Assembly (NCBI GenBank): GCA_965248805.1
Contig: CBDFKJ010000008.1
Location: forward strand, 316,209-380,208
Source: Alphaproteobacteria bacterium
Lineage (GTDB): Bacteria; Pseudomonadota; Alphaproteobacteria; UBA6615
Length of the DNA: 64,000 nt
Reading direction: 5' to 3'
A model generated the notes under the pieces. It was not told the origin of the DNA and did not search any database. It saw only the letters and a list, made by a program, of their open reading frames with translations. Position 1 is the first letter of the stretch; the number at the start of each line of letters is the position of its first letter. A program made the position numbers and the translations under genes. Positions 52,307 through 63,825 of the stretch are shown here, piece after piece.

Positions 52307-52939
52307 TCAGCCGTCGAAGTGAAGGCGCAGGGCACCGGCCAGCTCGTCGGGCGACGTGCCCGGCGGCAAGACACCGCGGAACTCGCCGTCGGGCCCCATG
52401 AGGTATAGCAAGCCGGTGTGTTCCATCAGATAGTCTTCACCGTCACCCGGACCCTTGGCGTAGAAGACCTGATACGCCCTGGCCATGTCCGCCAGCTGCT
52501 GGGCGGTGCCGGTCAGGCCAATGAATTTCGGATGGAACAATGCAACGTACTCCGCCACGACGTCGGCCGTGTCGCGCGCCGGATCGATCGTGACGAAGAC
52601 CGGCGTCACCTGATCCGCCTCCGGTCCCAGCATGTCGAGGGCGGCGGCGATGGTGCCCAGTTCGGTCGGGCAGATGTCCGGGCAGAACGTGTAGCCGAAA
52701 AACATGAGAAGGAACTGGCCGCGGAAATCGGCGTCGCTGACGGCATTGCCATTGTGGTCCGCCATCGCGAAAGGGCCGCCCACGGCGGATCGCGCCGACG
52801 CCGCGTCCAGGGCCACATCGATGTCATTCGGGGGCCGCTCGATGAGCAACCAAGTGGCGGCCGCCAGTACCGCCACGCACGTGGCCAGACACCCCACCAG
52901 CACGCCGCGCAAGACCGCCGCCGATTTCCTGGATGCCAT
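52307..52939 (-). CDS. SCO1/SenC copper chaperone
   Basis: FGYTFCPDICP, TIDPARD and YLMEH. Confidence 0.9.
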   Translation of the reverse strand: MASRKSAAVLRGVLVGCLATCVAVLAAATWLLIERPPNDIDVALDAASARSAVGGPFAMADHNGNAVSDADFRGQFLLMFFGYTFCPDICPTELGTIAAALDMLGPEADQVTPVFVTIDPARDTADVVAEYVALFHPKFIGLTGTAQQLADMARAYQVFYAKGPGDGEDYLMEHTGLLYLMGPDGEFRGVLPPGTSPDELAGALRLHFDG

Positions 52940-52982
52940 CGTGGTCTCCGTGCCGCGCCGCTTGTAACTCTTTGGATATTAG

Positions 52983-53560
52983 CTAGGCACCGCCCACCGG
53001 CGGTACAAGTAGCCGGCGCTGGCGCCGAGCACGACCAGAACATCGCCGTGGTCGCCAATGATGCGGTGACAAACTCGGCCGCGAGTTGCGCCGGCACGAC
53101 ACTCGCGCCGATCGCATGCGGCGCCGCGATCAGCGCCACGGCGCCGATGCGCAGCCACGGCGCCCGAGAAAAAGCGATGGTCGCCAAGCCGGCGCCCATC
53201 GCCGCCGCGGTCGCTGCCCAACACAGTTGCCGAGCACCAACATCGGCGGCGGCCATGCCGGGCAGTTCCGGTGGCAGGCCCACCGACGGCGCCAGACTGA
53301 ATGCGGCAACCAACAGCAGCGCGAACGCGATCCCGATGACCACATTGGCCATGGCAGTAATGCCGCCGCGCTGAGGGCTTGCCAGCGGCGAGGACGCATG
53401 GCTGTGGGTGTCGGCGGCGGCGCCCGCTTCATAGACCTCGGCCGCATGGATGAGCGGAACGACCCGGATCCACTGCGGGGCCGATGCGAACAGACCCGCG
53501 AGCGCGCCCGCAACGAGAGCGGTCAGCAGAATGGCCCCGAAATTGGCGCACCCGTCGCCC
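52983..53560 (-). pseudogene. cbtA: CbtA cobalt transporter subunit, degraded
   Basis: PLIHAAEVYE, GLPPELPG and IAAPH; internal deletion, no clear start, frameshifted end. Confidence 0.7.
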
Positions 53561-53569
53561 GAAATTGCG

Positions 53570-53752
53570 TCAGTGGCAGGGAAATGCGAAGGAATGGCGG
53601 CTATCGTGGGTGGCGTCGTGCAAGGCATGTGGCTGGGCAAATCCGCTGACGTAGAGCAGCGCCACACCGAGCATGGCGGCCAGCGCCGCGGCCAGCAGTG
53701 TCTGCGATCGGCCGGCAGCGACCGCCTCGTGCGCAACGGTAGGCAACGCCAT
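53570..53752 (-). CDS. cbtB: CbtB cobalt transporter subunit
   Basis: LHDATHDSRHSFAFPCH terminus. Confidence 0.85.
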   Translation of the reverse strand: MALPTVAHEAVAAGRSQTLLAAALAAMLGVALLYVSGFAQPHALHDATHDSRHSFAFPCH

Positions 53753-53994
53753 GAACGACTGCCGTAACCTAAGGGTGGTCAGCCTCGCTGGGCCGATTGC
53801 GTCTTTCAAATTGTCGCCGCGCGAACGACATGTAGTGACGACGAGCGGCCACGCGCGCGGAGGCATCACTGTAGATTTGTCACAAACGTGGGTCAATCGT
53901 CTCCCACAAACGCCGCAAATCCGCCACAAAAGGGCTGAATCTGGCCACTATGCTGCAATGTTGGGTTGAGCAAGACGAATGAGGACGGATCAGA

Positions 53995-54690
53995 GTGCGC
54001 CAAACGATTGCACTGGTCGATGACGACCGCAACATACTGACCTCGGTATCCATCGCCCTGGAGGCAGAGGGATTCCAGGTCAACGCCTATGCGGACGGCG
54101 ATGAAGCCCTCCGCGGCATCAGCGCCCGGCCCGCCGACTTGGCGGTGCTGGACATCAAGATGCCGCGCATGGACGGCATGGAACTGCTCGGCCGACTCCG
54201 CCAGAGCAGTGAGATGCCGGTCATCTTTCTGACCTCGAAGGACGACGAGATCGACGAGGCGCTCGGCTTGCGCATGGGCGCCGACGATTACATCACCAAG
54301 CCGTTTTCACAGCGGCTGCTCATCGAACGAATCCGCGCTGTATTGCGGCGCGCCGAAAAGGGCGCTGCGCCGCCTGGCGCCAAGTCCGATTCAATCGTGC
54401 GCGGGGAGTTGGTGATGGATCCACAGCGTCATCTGAGCAGCTGGCGCGGCCGGGCGGTCGATTTGACCGTAACCGAATTCCTCATTCTCCAGTCGCTGGC
54501 GCAGCGGCCGGGCCACGTCAAAAGCCGCGATCAGCTGATGGATGCGGCCTATGGCGACAATATTTACGTCGACGACCGCACCATAGACAGCCACATCAAG
54601 CGGCTACGCAAAAAGTTTTGCGCAATCGACAATGAATTCGTGCAGATTGAGACATTGTACGGAATAGGGTATCGCTACAAGGACTCTTAG
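53995..54690 (+). CDS. chvI: response regulator ChvI
   Basis: [20 protein letters not shown] and [11 protein letters not shown]. Confidence 0.9.
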   Translation: MRQTIALVDDDRNILTSVSIALEAEGFQVNAYADGDEALRGISARPADLAVLDIKMPRMDGMELLGRLRQSSEMPVIFLTSKDDEIDEALGLRMGADDYITKPFSQRLLIERIRAVLRRAEKGAAPPGAKSDSIVRGELVMDPQRHLSSWRGRAVDLTVTEFLILQSLAQRPGHVKSRDQLMDAAYGDNIYVDDRTIDSHIKRLRKKFCAIDNEFVQIETLYGIGYRYKDS

Positions 54691-54744
54691 AGTCCTACTA
54701 TGCGTTCGTGACCGATGTTTTGCGCGAACTGTTAGCATGAGCAA

Positions 54745-56484
54745 ATGACTGTTGAGGCCGAGCACCGGCCGCTTGTACGCCGGCGTCCGAGCGACGTCGC
54801 GGCTGCGGAGCCGCCAGCTTCCGCGAACCGGGATCGGCTCCGCGGGACGCGGTCGCCTGCGCTCGCCCCGAGGGAACGGCGACGCTGGGGTCTGCTGACG
54901 TCCTCGCTCACGCGCCACATCCTGGCGATCAATATTCTGGTCCTGGCGGTGCCCATCGGCGGCGTTTTCTACCTCGATCAGTACCAGAGCAGCCTGATCG
55001 AGACCGAGTTGGAGGCCCTGCGAGTGCAGGGCGAGATCTTCTCCGGCGCGCTAGGGGCGGGCGCGGTCGTCAACATCGAGGGTGTCGGCCAACAGATCGA
55101 TCCCGTCGCGACACAGTCCTTGCTGCGTCGGTTGGTCCAGCCGACGGGGACACGGGCGCGGCTGTTCGGGCCCGACGGCGCGCTCCTGGTCGATTCGCGC
55201 GACCTGACCGGGACCGGTGGCGGCGTTCAGGTCGAGGAGCTGCCGCCGCTCGATTCCGAAATCGCGGTGTTGCGTTGGCTGATCGAAACCGTGAATGCGG
55301 TCATCAACTGGGTGCCGGGCCAGGAGGATCTGATCCCGTATAGCGAGCGGCCCGATCAAACCGCTTACGACTATGTCGAGGCCCGCGAGGCGCTGAGCGG
55401 CGAGTCGATCGGCGTTATTCGCGGCGACGGCGAGCGAGGCATCATCTTGTCGGCGGCGGTCCCGGTGCAGCGCTACAAGCAAGTCGTTGGTGTGGTGCTG
55501 CTGAGCACCAAATCGGAAACCATCGAGAGCAGCCTACGAGCCGTACGCTTGGACATTCTCAGGGTGTTCGGTATCGCGCTGACCGTAACTGTGGCGTTGT
55601 CGCTCTATCTCGGCGGCACCATTGCCCGGCCGCTGCGGCGACTTGCCGGAGTCGCCGAGCGCGTGCGCCGTGACAAGAGCCGCAAGGTGCGCATTCCCGA
55701 CCTGAGCCAACGCGGCGACGAGATCGGCGAGCTGAGCGCCAGCCTGCGCGAAATGACGGAGGCGCTGTGGGCGCGCATGGATACGATCGAAGGTTTTGCC
55801 GCCGATGTCGCGCACGAGATCAAGAACCCGCTCACCTCGCTGCGCAGCGCTGTCGAGACCGTCGCCCGCGTCTCCGATATCTCGCAGCAACGGCGCCTGA
55901 CGGCGATCATCTTGGAAGACGTGCAGCGGCTGGATCGATTGATTTCGGATATCTCGGAAGCCTCGCGCCTGGATGCCGAATTGAGTCGCAACGTGCCCGA
56001 AGTCGTGGACCTTAACGCGCTGCTCGCCGCGCTCAGCGAGATCGAACAAGCGAACGGCGCCAAGCGGCGGGTCGAATTGCGGCTGTCGGTACCGGCGGAT
56101 CCGCCGCTCTATGTCCACGGCTACGAAGCCCGTCTGGGCCAAGTCTACCGTAACGTGATCCAGAACGCCGCGTCGTTCAGTCCGTCCGGGGGTCGCGTAA
56201 CGGTCACCGCCGAGCGGGTCGGCGCCATCGTTCACACGACCATCGAGGATGACGGGCCGGGCATTCCCCAAGGAAGCCTCGACGCCATTTTCGAGCGCTT
56301 CTATTCGGACCGGCCAGACGACAACGCCGCCAAGTTCGGCAACCATTCCGGTCTTGGGCTCAGCATCTCCAAACAGATTGTGGAGGCGTGCGGTGGCCGC
56401 ATCTGGGCCGAGAACCGGCGCAACGTCGACGGCAAGATCACGGGCGCAAGGTTCGTGATCGACCTCAAGGCCGCCAGGCACTAG
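54745..56484 (+). CDS. chvG: sensor histidine kinase ChvG
   Basis: AVPVQRY, FAADVAHEIKNPLTS and SGLGLSISKQI. Confidence 0.9.
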   Translation: MTVEAEHRPLVRRRPSDVAAAEPPASANRDRLRGTRSPALAPRERRRWGLLTSSLTRHILAINILVLAVPIGGVFYLDQYQSSLIETELEALRVQGEIFSGALGAGAVVNIEGVGQQIDPVATQSLLRRLVQPTGTRARLFGPDGALLVDSRDLTGTGGGVQVEELPPLDSEIAVLRWLIETVNAVINWVPGQEDLIPYSERPDQTAYDYVEAREALSGESIGVIRGDGERGIILSAAVPVQRYKQVVGVVLLSTKSETIESSLRAVRLDILRVFGIALTVTVALSLYLGGTIARPLRRLAGVAERVRRDKSRKVRIPDLSQRGDEIGELSASLREMTEALWARMDTIEGFAADVAHEIKNPLTSLRSAVETVARVSDISQQRRLTAIILEDVQRLDRLISDISEASRLDAELSRNVPEVVDLNALLAALSEIEQANGAKRRVELRLSVPADPPLYVHGYEARLGQVYRNVIQNAASFSPSGGRVTVTAERVGAIVHTTIEDDGPGIPQGSLDAIFERFYSDRPDDNAAKFGNHSGLGLSISKQIVEACGGRIWAENRRNVDGKITGARFVIDLKAARH

Positions 56485-56520
56485 CCTCTGCGGGGCTCCG
56501 CGAGCTCTCCTGGAATTGCC

Positions 56521-56985
56521 ATGGCGCCGACCGACCTACGAGAAGTTGCGACACCGACCATCGTTCACGGGACGGCGGTGGCCATCGGCGGACGTGGGGT
56601 GATGCTGCGCGGACCGTCGGGCAGCGGCAAGTCCGACTTGGCGCTGCGTCTGATCGACGGCGGCGCGTGTCTGGTCGCCGACGACCAGGTCGAGTTGCGG
56701 CGCAATGGCGACGGGCTGGTTGCATCGGCACCGGCGGCAATCGCCGGCAAGCTCGAAGTGCGCGGCATCGGCATTACGGCCGTGCAGGCGGTTGCTCAGG
56801 CGCCGTTATCTCTTGTCGTCGATCTTCTCGCCCCGCCGCAAATCGAGCGCATGCCGGAGCCGGCGCACGCCCGTTACCTGGGCATTGTCGTGCCGTTGGT
56901 CGCGGTGGCGCCGTTCGAGTCCTCTGCCGCCGCCAAGGTTCGCTTTGGCGTGGCGGCTGCGCTTAAGGTTCGACGCAATGAATGA
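56521..56985 (+). CDS. hprK: HPr kinase/phosphorylase (short alphaproteobacterial form)
   Basis: HGTAV, GPSGSGKSDL, LVADD and LEVRGIG. Confidence 0.85.
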   Translation: MAPTDLREVATPTIVHGTAVAIGGRGVMLRGPSGSGKSDLALRLIDGGACLVADDQVELRRNGDGLVASAPAAIAGKLEVRGIGITAVQAVAQAPLSLVVDLLAPPQIERMPEPAHARYLGIVVPLVAVAPFESSAAAKVRFGVAAALKVRRNE

Positions 56986-57913
56986 CGAATTGCAGGAACC
57001 AACGAGCGGGAACGGGCGCCTGGTGTCCGCCGGCATTCTGTTGGTGACGGGCATGTCGGGGGCGGGCCGGTCGAGCGCGCTCAACATCCTGGAAGATCTC
57101 GGCTACGAGGCCGTCGACAATCTGCCCTTGCGTTTGATCGCCGTGTTGGTGGCGCAAGGACCCGTTCCCCGGCGTGGGTTGGCCATTGGCATCGATATCC
57201 GCTCGCGCGATTTCACGGTAGACGCCTTCACCGACGAGATCGCCGAGATGCGCCGGCAAACCGATCGCGGCCTGCATGTCTTGTTTGTCGACTGCGATGA
57301 GGAAGTGTTGCGGCGCCGCTATTCCGAGACGCGGCGCAAGCATCCCCTGGCTCACGATCGGCCGCTGACGGACGGCATCGCGCGCGAACGCACGATGCTG
57401 GCGCCGCTGCGCAAGATCGCTGACACCGTAATCGATACCAGCCACACCAACATCCGCGAGTTCGCGCACACCGTGCGCGGGCATTTTGGCGCCGCCGCTT
57501 CCGCTCGGGCGAATGTGTTCATCACCTCGTTCTCGTTTCCCGCCGGCGTGCCGCGCGATGCCGATCTGGTCTTCGACGTTCGATTCCTGAAGAATCCGCA
57601 CTACGATCCAGCGTTGCGCTTGCACACGGGTCAGGATGAAGCCGTCGGCCGCTTCATTGAATCCGACGTCGACTTTGCGGCGTATTTCGAGGCGATCACG
57701 GCGTTGCTACGCTTGACGCTGCCGCGTTTCGACGGCGAGGGAAAGAGCTATCTGACCATCGCCATCGGTTGCACCGGCGGCCGCCACCGCTCTGTGTTCA
57801 TCGCCGAACGGCTGGCACAGCGGTTAATTGCCGATGGCCGCTCGGTCCAAGTCACGCATCGCGATCTCGACCGCCACGAGCAGACCCCGGGTACGCGCGA
57901 GGACAGCTCGTGA
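56978..57913 (+). CDS. rapZ: RNase adapter RapZ
   Basis: TGMSGAG, DNLP, DVRFL.NPHY and GCTGGRHRSV. Confidence 0.9.
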   Translation: MNDELQEPTSGNGRLVSAGILLVTGMSGAGRSSALNILEDLGYEAVDNLPLRLIAVLVAQGPVPRRGLAIGIDIRSRDFTVDAFTDEIAEMRRQTDRGLHVLFVDCDEEVLRRRYSETRRKHPLAHDRPLTDGIARERTMLAPLRKIADTVIDTSHTNIREFAHTVRGHFGAAASARANVFITSFSFPAGVPRDADLVFDVRFLKNPHYDPALRLHTGQDEAVGRFIESDVDFAAYFEAITALLRLTLPRFDGEGKSYLTIAIGCTGGRHRSVFIAERLAQRLIADGRSVQVTHRDLDRHEQTPGTREDSS

Positions 57914-58317
57914 TCGGCATCGTCCTGGTGACCCACGGTAACCTGGCGCTGGAGTTCATCGCCGCGCTGGAGCACGTCGTCGGGCCGCAGGAAAGTGTGG
58001 CCGCCATTTGCATCGGCCCCGACGATGACGTCGAACAGCGTCGCCGCGACATTCTCGAAGCACTGCAGGCGGTCAATGACGGCGACGGCGTCGTGCTGCT
58101 GACGGACATGTTCGGCGGCACGCCGTCCAATCTGGCGATCTCTGTGATGAAGACGGCAAAGGTCGAAGTGCTGGCCGGCGTCAACCTGCCGATGCTGATC
58201 AAATTGGCCAGCGTGCGCCAGGACGGCGATGTCGCCGCGTGTGTTGCGGCCGCGCAGGATGCGGGGCGCAAATACATAAACTCGGCGTCTGCCTTTCTCG
58301 ACGGCGACAGCGGGTGA
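57910..58317 (+). CDS. PTS EIIA component, mannose type
   Basis: IGIVLVTHG, DMFGGTPSN and GVNLPML. Confidence 0.9.
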   Translation: MIGIVLVTHGNLALEFIAALEHVVGPQESVAAICIGPDDDVEQRRRDILEALQAVNDGDGVVLLTDMFGGTPSNLAISVMKTAKVEVLAGVNLPMLIKLASVRQDGDVAACVAAAQDAGRKYINSASAFLDGDSG

Positions 58318-58601
58318 GCGACGAGCGCATCGAGCCAGCTCGGCGAAGAGTCACCGTGCGCAATGAGCGCGGGTTGCACGCGCGGGCGGCGGCGCGATTC
58401 GTGCGCCTGGCGGAGCAATTCGACGCCGAGGTGAAGGTGCGCAAAGGCGAGCACAGCGTGTCGGGGCGATCGATCATGGGACTGATGATGCTCGCCGCTG
58501 CGAACGGCAGCACGCTTGAGCTGACCGCCACGGGCAAGGAAGCCAGCAGCGTCATTACCGCGTTGACGGCGCTGGTCGAAAACAACTTCGACGAGGCGTA
58601 G
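58314..58601 (+). CDS. HPr family phosphocarrier
   Basis: GLHARAAA and SIMGLMML. Confidence 0.9.
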   Translation: MSDERIEPARRRVTVRNERGLHARAAARFVRLAEQFDAEVKVRKGEHSVSGRSIMGLMMLAAANGSTLELTATGKEASSVITALTALVENNFDEA

Positions 58602-58636
58602 CGCGCCGGGAGTGGCGATTTCCGGGGACGCGTGCC

Positions 58637-60793
58637 CTAGTGCCGCCTTCGCTGGCCCTTGGCCTTGCGGCCGAGGGTGGCCTTGGGTCGGCCGAGCAGG
58701 TAGCGCGCACGCTCGACCTTGCGCTCGCCAGCGGCCCTGTCCGAAAGGCCCAGGTCTTGCGTCTCGAGCCGGCGGACTTCGTCGCGCAGCTGCGCAGCTT
58801 CCTCGAATTCGAGATTGGCCGCCGCCTCGCGCATGCGCGCTTCCAGATCGGCGATATAGCTCTGCAGGTCCTTGCCCACCAGATGCGGCGTGTCCTCGTC
58901 GCCGGTCTTGACCGTGACGTGGTCGCGCTCGAACACGCTATTCAGAATGTCGGCGATGTTCTTGTTCACGCTTTCCGGCGTGATGCCATTGGCGACGTTA
59001 TAGGCCTGCTGCTTCTCGCGCCTGCGATCGGTTTCCTCCAGCGCCGCTTTCATGCTTTGTGTCATGGTGTCGGCGTAGAGAATGACCCGCCCGTCGAGAT
59101 TGCGCGCGGCGCGCCCAATGGTCTGGATCAGCGAAACGCGTGACCGCAGATAACCTTCCTTGTCGGCGTCGAGGATCGCGACCAGCGCGCACTCAGGAAT
59201 GTCCAGCCCCTCGCGCAACAGGTTGATGCCGACCAGGATATCGAACGCGCCCAGGCGCAGATCGCGTAGGATCTCAATGCGCTCCAGCGTGTCGACATCG
59301 GAGTGCATGTAGCGCACTTTCAGTCCCTGCTCCTGCAGGTATTCGCTCAGGTCCTCGGCCATGCGTTTGGTGAGCGTCGTCACCAGCACGCGATAGCCGT
59401 TAGTGATGGTGTCACGGCATTCGGCGATCAGATCGTCAACTTGCGATGCGGTCGGGCGCACGGTGCACACCGGATCGATGAGCCCGGTCGGACGCACGAC
59501 CTGCTCTGCGAACACGCCCTCGGTGCGCTCCAACTCCCAGGCGCCGGGCGTGGCCGAGACGAAGATCGTCTCGGGACGCATGGCATCCCACTCCTCGAAC
59601 TTCAGCGGCCGGTTGTCGACGCATGACGGCAGGCGGAAGCCAAATTCGGCTAACGTCGATTTGCGGTTGAAGTCGCCGCGAGACATGCCGCCAATCTGCG
59701 GCACGGTGATATGGCTTTCGTCGACGAACAGCAGCGCGTCGGGCGGCAGATATTCGAACAGTGTCGGTGGAGACTCACCCGGCTTACGTCCCGTCAGGTG
59801 GCGCGAGTAGTTCTCGATGCCGGCGCAGCCGCCGGTGGCTTCGATCATCTCCAGATCGAAGGTCGTGCGCTGCTCCAGCCGCTGCGCCTCCAAGAGCTTG
59901 TTCTGCCGGTACAGCTCTTCCAGACGCAGCTTGAGCTCGGCCTTGATGGTCTTGGTGGCTTGCTGCAGCGTCGGCTTGGGCGTGACGTAGTGGCTGTAGG
60001 CGAAGATGCGCACCTGGTCCAGGTTCACCGCCTTCTCGCCGGTCAGTGGATCGAACTCGTACATCGCCTCGATCTCGTCGCCGAACAGGCTGATGTGCCA
60101 GGCGCGGTCGTCCAGATGCGCCGGCCAGATCTCCAGCGTGTCGCCGCGTGAGCGAAAGGCGCCGCGGTGGAAGTTGGTGTCGTTGCGCCGGTACTGGATG
60201 TCCACCAGGTCGCGCAGCAGTCGTGCCCGCCCGACGTGGTCGCCGACCGCAAGCCTGAGCGTCATGTTGTCATAGGATTCGACGTCGCCGATGCCATAGA
60301 TACACGACACCGAGGCGACGATCACCACGTCGCGACGCTCCAGCAGCGAACGCGTGGCCGAGTGGCGCATGCGATCGATCTGCTCGTTGATCGAGGAATC
60401 CTTCTCGATATAGGTGTCGGTGCGCGCAACGTAGGCCTCGGGCTGGTAATAGTCGTAGTAGGAGACGAAATACTCGACGGCGTTGTTGGGAAAGAACGAC
60501 TTCATCTCGGCGTAGAGTTGCGCCGCCAGCGTCTTGTTCGGCGCCAGGATGATGGTCGGGCGTCCGGTCGCCGCGATCACATGGGCCATAGTGAACGTCT
60601 TGCCGGAGCCGGTTACGCCAAGCAGCACCTGTTCGCGCTCGCCCTGCTCGAGCCCGGCGGTCAGATCAACGATCGCCTGTGGCTGGTCGCCCGCCGGCGT
60701 GTAGTCGGAGACCAGCTCAAACGGCGCAACGCCGACCAGATCGGCGGCCGGCGAGCGCCGTGGTCGTTCGGCAACGATTGTCATGACGGGCAA
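58637..60793 (-). CDS. uvrB: excinuclease ABC subunit B
   Basis: [28 protein letters not shown] and QTIGRAAR. Confidence 0.97.
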   Translation of the reverse strand: MPVMTIVAERPRRSPAADLVGVAPFELVSDYTPAGDQPQAIVDLTAGLEQGEREQVLLGVTGSGKTFTMAHVIAATGRPTIILAPNKTLAAQLYAEMKSFFPNNAVEYFVSYYDYYQPEAYVARTDTYIEKDSSINEQIDRMRHSATRSLLERRDVVIVASVSCIYGIGDVESYDNMTLRLAVGDHVGRARLLRDLVDIQYRRNDTNFHRGAFRSRGDTLEIWPAHLDDRAWHISLFGDEIEAMYEFDPLTGEKAVNLDQVRIFAYSHYVTPKPTLQQATKTIKAELKLRLEELYRQNKLLEAQRLEQRTTFDLEMIEATGGCAGIENYSRHLTGRKPGESPPTLFEYLPPDALLFVDESHITVPQIGGMSRGDFNRKSTLAEFGFRLPSCVDNRPLKFEEWDAMRPETIFVSATPGAWELERTEGVFAEQVVRPTGLIDPVCTVRPTASQVDDLIAECRDTITNGYRVLVTTLTKRMAEDLSEYLQEQGLKVRYMHSDVDTLERIEILRDLRLGAFDILVGINLLREGLDIPECALVAILDADKEGYLRSRVSLIQTIGRAARNLDGRVILYADTMTQSMKAALEETDRRREKQQAYNVANGITPESVNKNIADILNSVFERDHVTVKTGDEDTPHLVGKDLQSYIADLEARMREAAANLEFEEAAQLRDEVRRLETQDLGLSDRAAGERKVERARYLLGRPKATLGRKAKGQRRRH

Positions 60794-61321
60794 TCATAGG
60801 CGCGCTGCCCGGCCCGACGCCAGACACAATGCCGAGTATTGCCTACTCGCCACGTGACTGGCAAAAGGTATGTGGCGATTGGTCGAGTGCGTGGCAGTAG
60901 CTTGGACTGGCTTGTCGATCTGATACCTTGGGGATTCTCCCTCGGCGTACTGACTTACATCTACCGGTGGCTAGGCAAGGCGATGGCCGACGAGCAATCG
61001 CGCCGGCAACTCTCCGCCTGGGTCCGCAGTCCCTACCTCGATCGATGGTACGAGGCTGTGCTGCGGCGCGGGCTTGCCTGGTGCGAGAGCTTCTTCGGCG
61101 ACAGCTGGCGATTCCATGCCTACGACCGCTGCACTCGCTTGGCGATGATCTGCGTGCTTGCGTTGTTCGTGGCAGGATGGGCAATCGGCGGGTCAGGCCG
61201 CATCGGCGCGCTGGACGTATTTTCGAACTCCGTGAGTGCCGGTCGGCGGTGGATGATTGTTGTCGTTATCGCAGCAGGTGCAATTTGTACTTTCTTCGTC
61301 ATTCGAAGAGCAAGTTTGCAC

Positions 61322-62420
61322 CGTGCCTATCCGGTTAATTCGTACACCCACTACATGTAGGATGCTTCCACTCGCCGGAATATAGCTCGCGTAGGTTGGA
61401 GCCTCGGCCTCTCCTGCGATTCCGAGCAATGAGCGGAAGGCGTTGAACGGGTAAAACCGCCTGTTGAAGCGGAACGTGAACTCGTTGAGGTAGGCTTGTA
61501 GATGCTTTGCGCTCACGCCATGGTGGATGCCACTGAGCCAATTCTTCAGGTTGCTGAAGACGAGGTGGATGATCGGCATGAACTCTTCGGCCACCTCGGG
61601 GTCGCCGCATTCGGCAATGGCGTGGTGATCATAGCCGCGTGTCCGCAAGCTGCCATAGCCACTCCAATCGTCGGTGACGATCAGCGACCCCGGCATAACG
61701 GCGTTCTCGACGAAGCCACATAGCGAATCGGCGCTGCGGTCGGCAGCGACGGACAGCCGCACACGCCCGGCGTAGCGGCCATCCTTCCGCTTGTCCTGCG
61801 CGGTGCCGGGCTCCCTGTGGCTGACTTCGACGGCAGCAGCCACCAGCGTCTTGTGGTGAACGCCTCGGCCTTCACCACGCATCCGGCCTCCAACATAGGT
61901 TTCGTCCACCTCGACATGCTCTCCTGCCCTGGCACCGATCCGATCCTGATCGGGCCGCACCATACCCGCGCGGAGCTTATGCAGGATGCCGAAGGCGGTT
62001 TCGTACCGCGTCAGCCCAAGCTGCCGCTGAAACTGCACCGCCGACATGCCCGGCGTCTGGCTGGCGACCAGATAGGCGGCCCAAAACCACGTGCTCAAAG
62101 GCGTGTGGCTGCGCTCCATGACCGTGCCGACGGTCAATCCCGTCTGGCGGCGGCAAGCGCGACAGGTCAGGACGCCAGGCCGCGTGGCGATGCGGAAAGG
62201 TTCACCCACGACGCCGCAGCGCGGGCAGGCGAACCCGTCACCCCAGCGAGCCCTTTCCAGGTAGGCGGCGCACGCCGCATCGTCGGAGAAAAGTCGCTGA
62301 AACTCGGGGAGGGATTGCGGGAAGGGCAGGTCGGTGCGGTCGAGAACGTCCATGACCCACTATCCGTTGTACGCACACAACCTATCCCTAGTGGGTGTAT
62401 GCGTCAAGCGGATAGACACG
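61322..62420 (-). mobile_element. IS1595 family element, copy 2 (transposase from 62353)
   Basis: Terminal IRs and a perfect 8-bp TSD GTTTGCAC at 61314-61321 and 62421-62428. Confidence 0.95.
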
Positions 62421-62643
62421 GTTTGCACTTCGCTCGCGCGCCGCTATCGTTACGTTCTCTCGGAGTTTACGTCGGGCTCGTAGTAGTAGGGGCCGCAGCT
62501 GGAGCCCTAACAGTAGGCGTAGCCGGAGCTACCACCGAAGCATTCGCCTTTGTCGGAGTTCTGGTTTTGATCGGAGCCACGGTCGGAGTCATAGCCGGAA
62601 CTGAAGCCGCATCGGGAGATATGGCCGGAGTCCTAGCCGGAAC

Positions 62644-63525
62644 TAGTGGAGGGATCGGAACGAAAGAGTCCGAATTGGGATTCCGTATTTTGCTGTGGTA
62701 TGCGCCCGGCAAGGCGCCGGTCCCGCTCGATCGTGTCGCCGAGATCGTGCGCCTGACGCAGCAACCGCCGCCGTTTGAGGCGACCCACTGGACGTTGCGC
62801 GCGATCGCCAGGGCGGCCGGTATTGCCGCCTCGACGGTGCAGGCGATCTGGAAGGCTCACGGTCTCAGCCCGCACCGCTGGCGCAACTTCAAGCTGTCGA
62901 CCGACCCTGCCTTCGCCGAGAAACTCACCGATATCGTCGGCCTGTATGTCGACCCGCCGGCCCATGCGGTGGTGTTGTCGATCGATGAGAAGTCACAGAT
63001 CCAGGCGCTCGACCGCCGGTCTGCCGATGAAGAAGGGACGCGCCGGCACCATGACTACAAACGGCACGGCACGACCACGCCGTTTGCGGCGCTCAACGTT
63101 CTGGACGGAACGGTGATCGGCCAGAACATGCAGCGCCACCGCCATCAGGAGTTCATCCGCTTCCTCAACCGCATCGAGCGCACGGTGCCGGCGGACAAGG
63201 CCATCCACGCGATCGTCGACAACTACGCGGCGCACAACAAGGACAAGGTCCGCGCCTGGCTCGCCCGCCATCCGCGCTGGACTTTCCACTTCACACCGAC
63301 CTCCTGCTCGTGGCTCAATGCCGTCGAGGGCTTCTTCGCAAAACTCACCCGGCGGCGGCTCAAGCACGGCGTCTTCCATTCCGTCGTCGATCTCCAGGCC
63401 GCAATCAACCGCTTCGTCCGCGAATACAATGCGGCCAACCCACAGCCATTCATATGGAAAGCCGACCCCGACGACATCATCGCAGCCCGAAACCGAGGGT
63501 TCCAAACGTTGGAATCAATCCACTA
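62644..63525 (+). mobile_element. IS630 family element, copy 2, with the 5' part of the transposase deleted
   Basis: CTAG at both junctions. The sequence jumps from TATGCG (~62705) to CCCGGC, losing the start and the HTH region. Confidence 0.9.
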
Positions 63526-63557
63526 GACCGGTATCCGGAGCCGTGGTCGGAGTCGTT

Positions 63558-63677
63558 GCCGTAGCCTCTGCCGTAGCCTCTGCCGTAGCCTCTGCCGTAG
63601 CCTCTGCCGTAGCCTCTGCCGTAGCCTCTGCCGTAGTCTCTGCCGTAGTCTCTGCCGTAGTCTCTGCCGTAGTCTTT
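63558..63677 (+). repeat. 12-bp tandem repeat GCCGTAG(C/T)CTCT, 10 units
   Basis: 6x AVAS, 3x AVVS and 1x AVVF in the membrane-protein frame. Confidence 0.95.
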
Positions 63678-63825
63678 GCCGTATTCCTGGCCGTACCCGT
63701 ATCATTCGCACCACTATATTCTGGAGGCATAGCCGAGCTGGGTGTTCACTATGCTCTATTCATAGTATTGCTTCCCTCTGCGAATGCCGTCCTCGACTGG
63801 GTTTCCTGGGGCGTCAGTCGCCTGC

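Noticed and set aside
61817-63526. 569-aa ORF as a novel membrane-transposase fusion
   Set aside because: Chance frame continuity across antisense IS1595, a host gene fragment and a deleted IS630.
63558-63677. Tandem repeat as a CRISPR array, or the RQRL-repeat ORF on the minus strand
   Set aside because: No spacers and no cas genes; the + frame fits the surrounding membrane protein.
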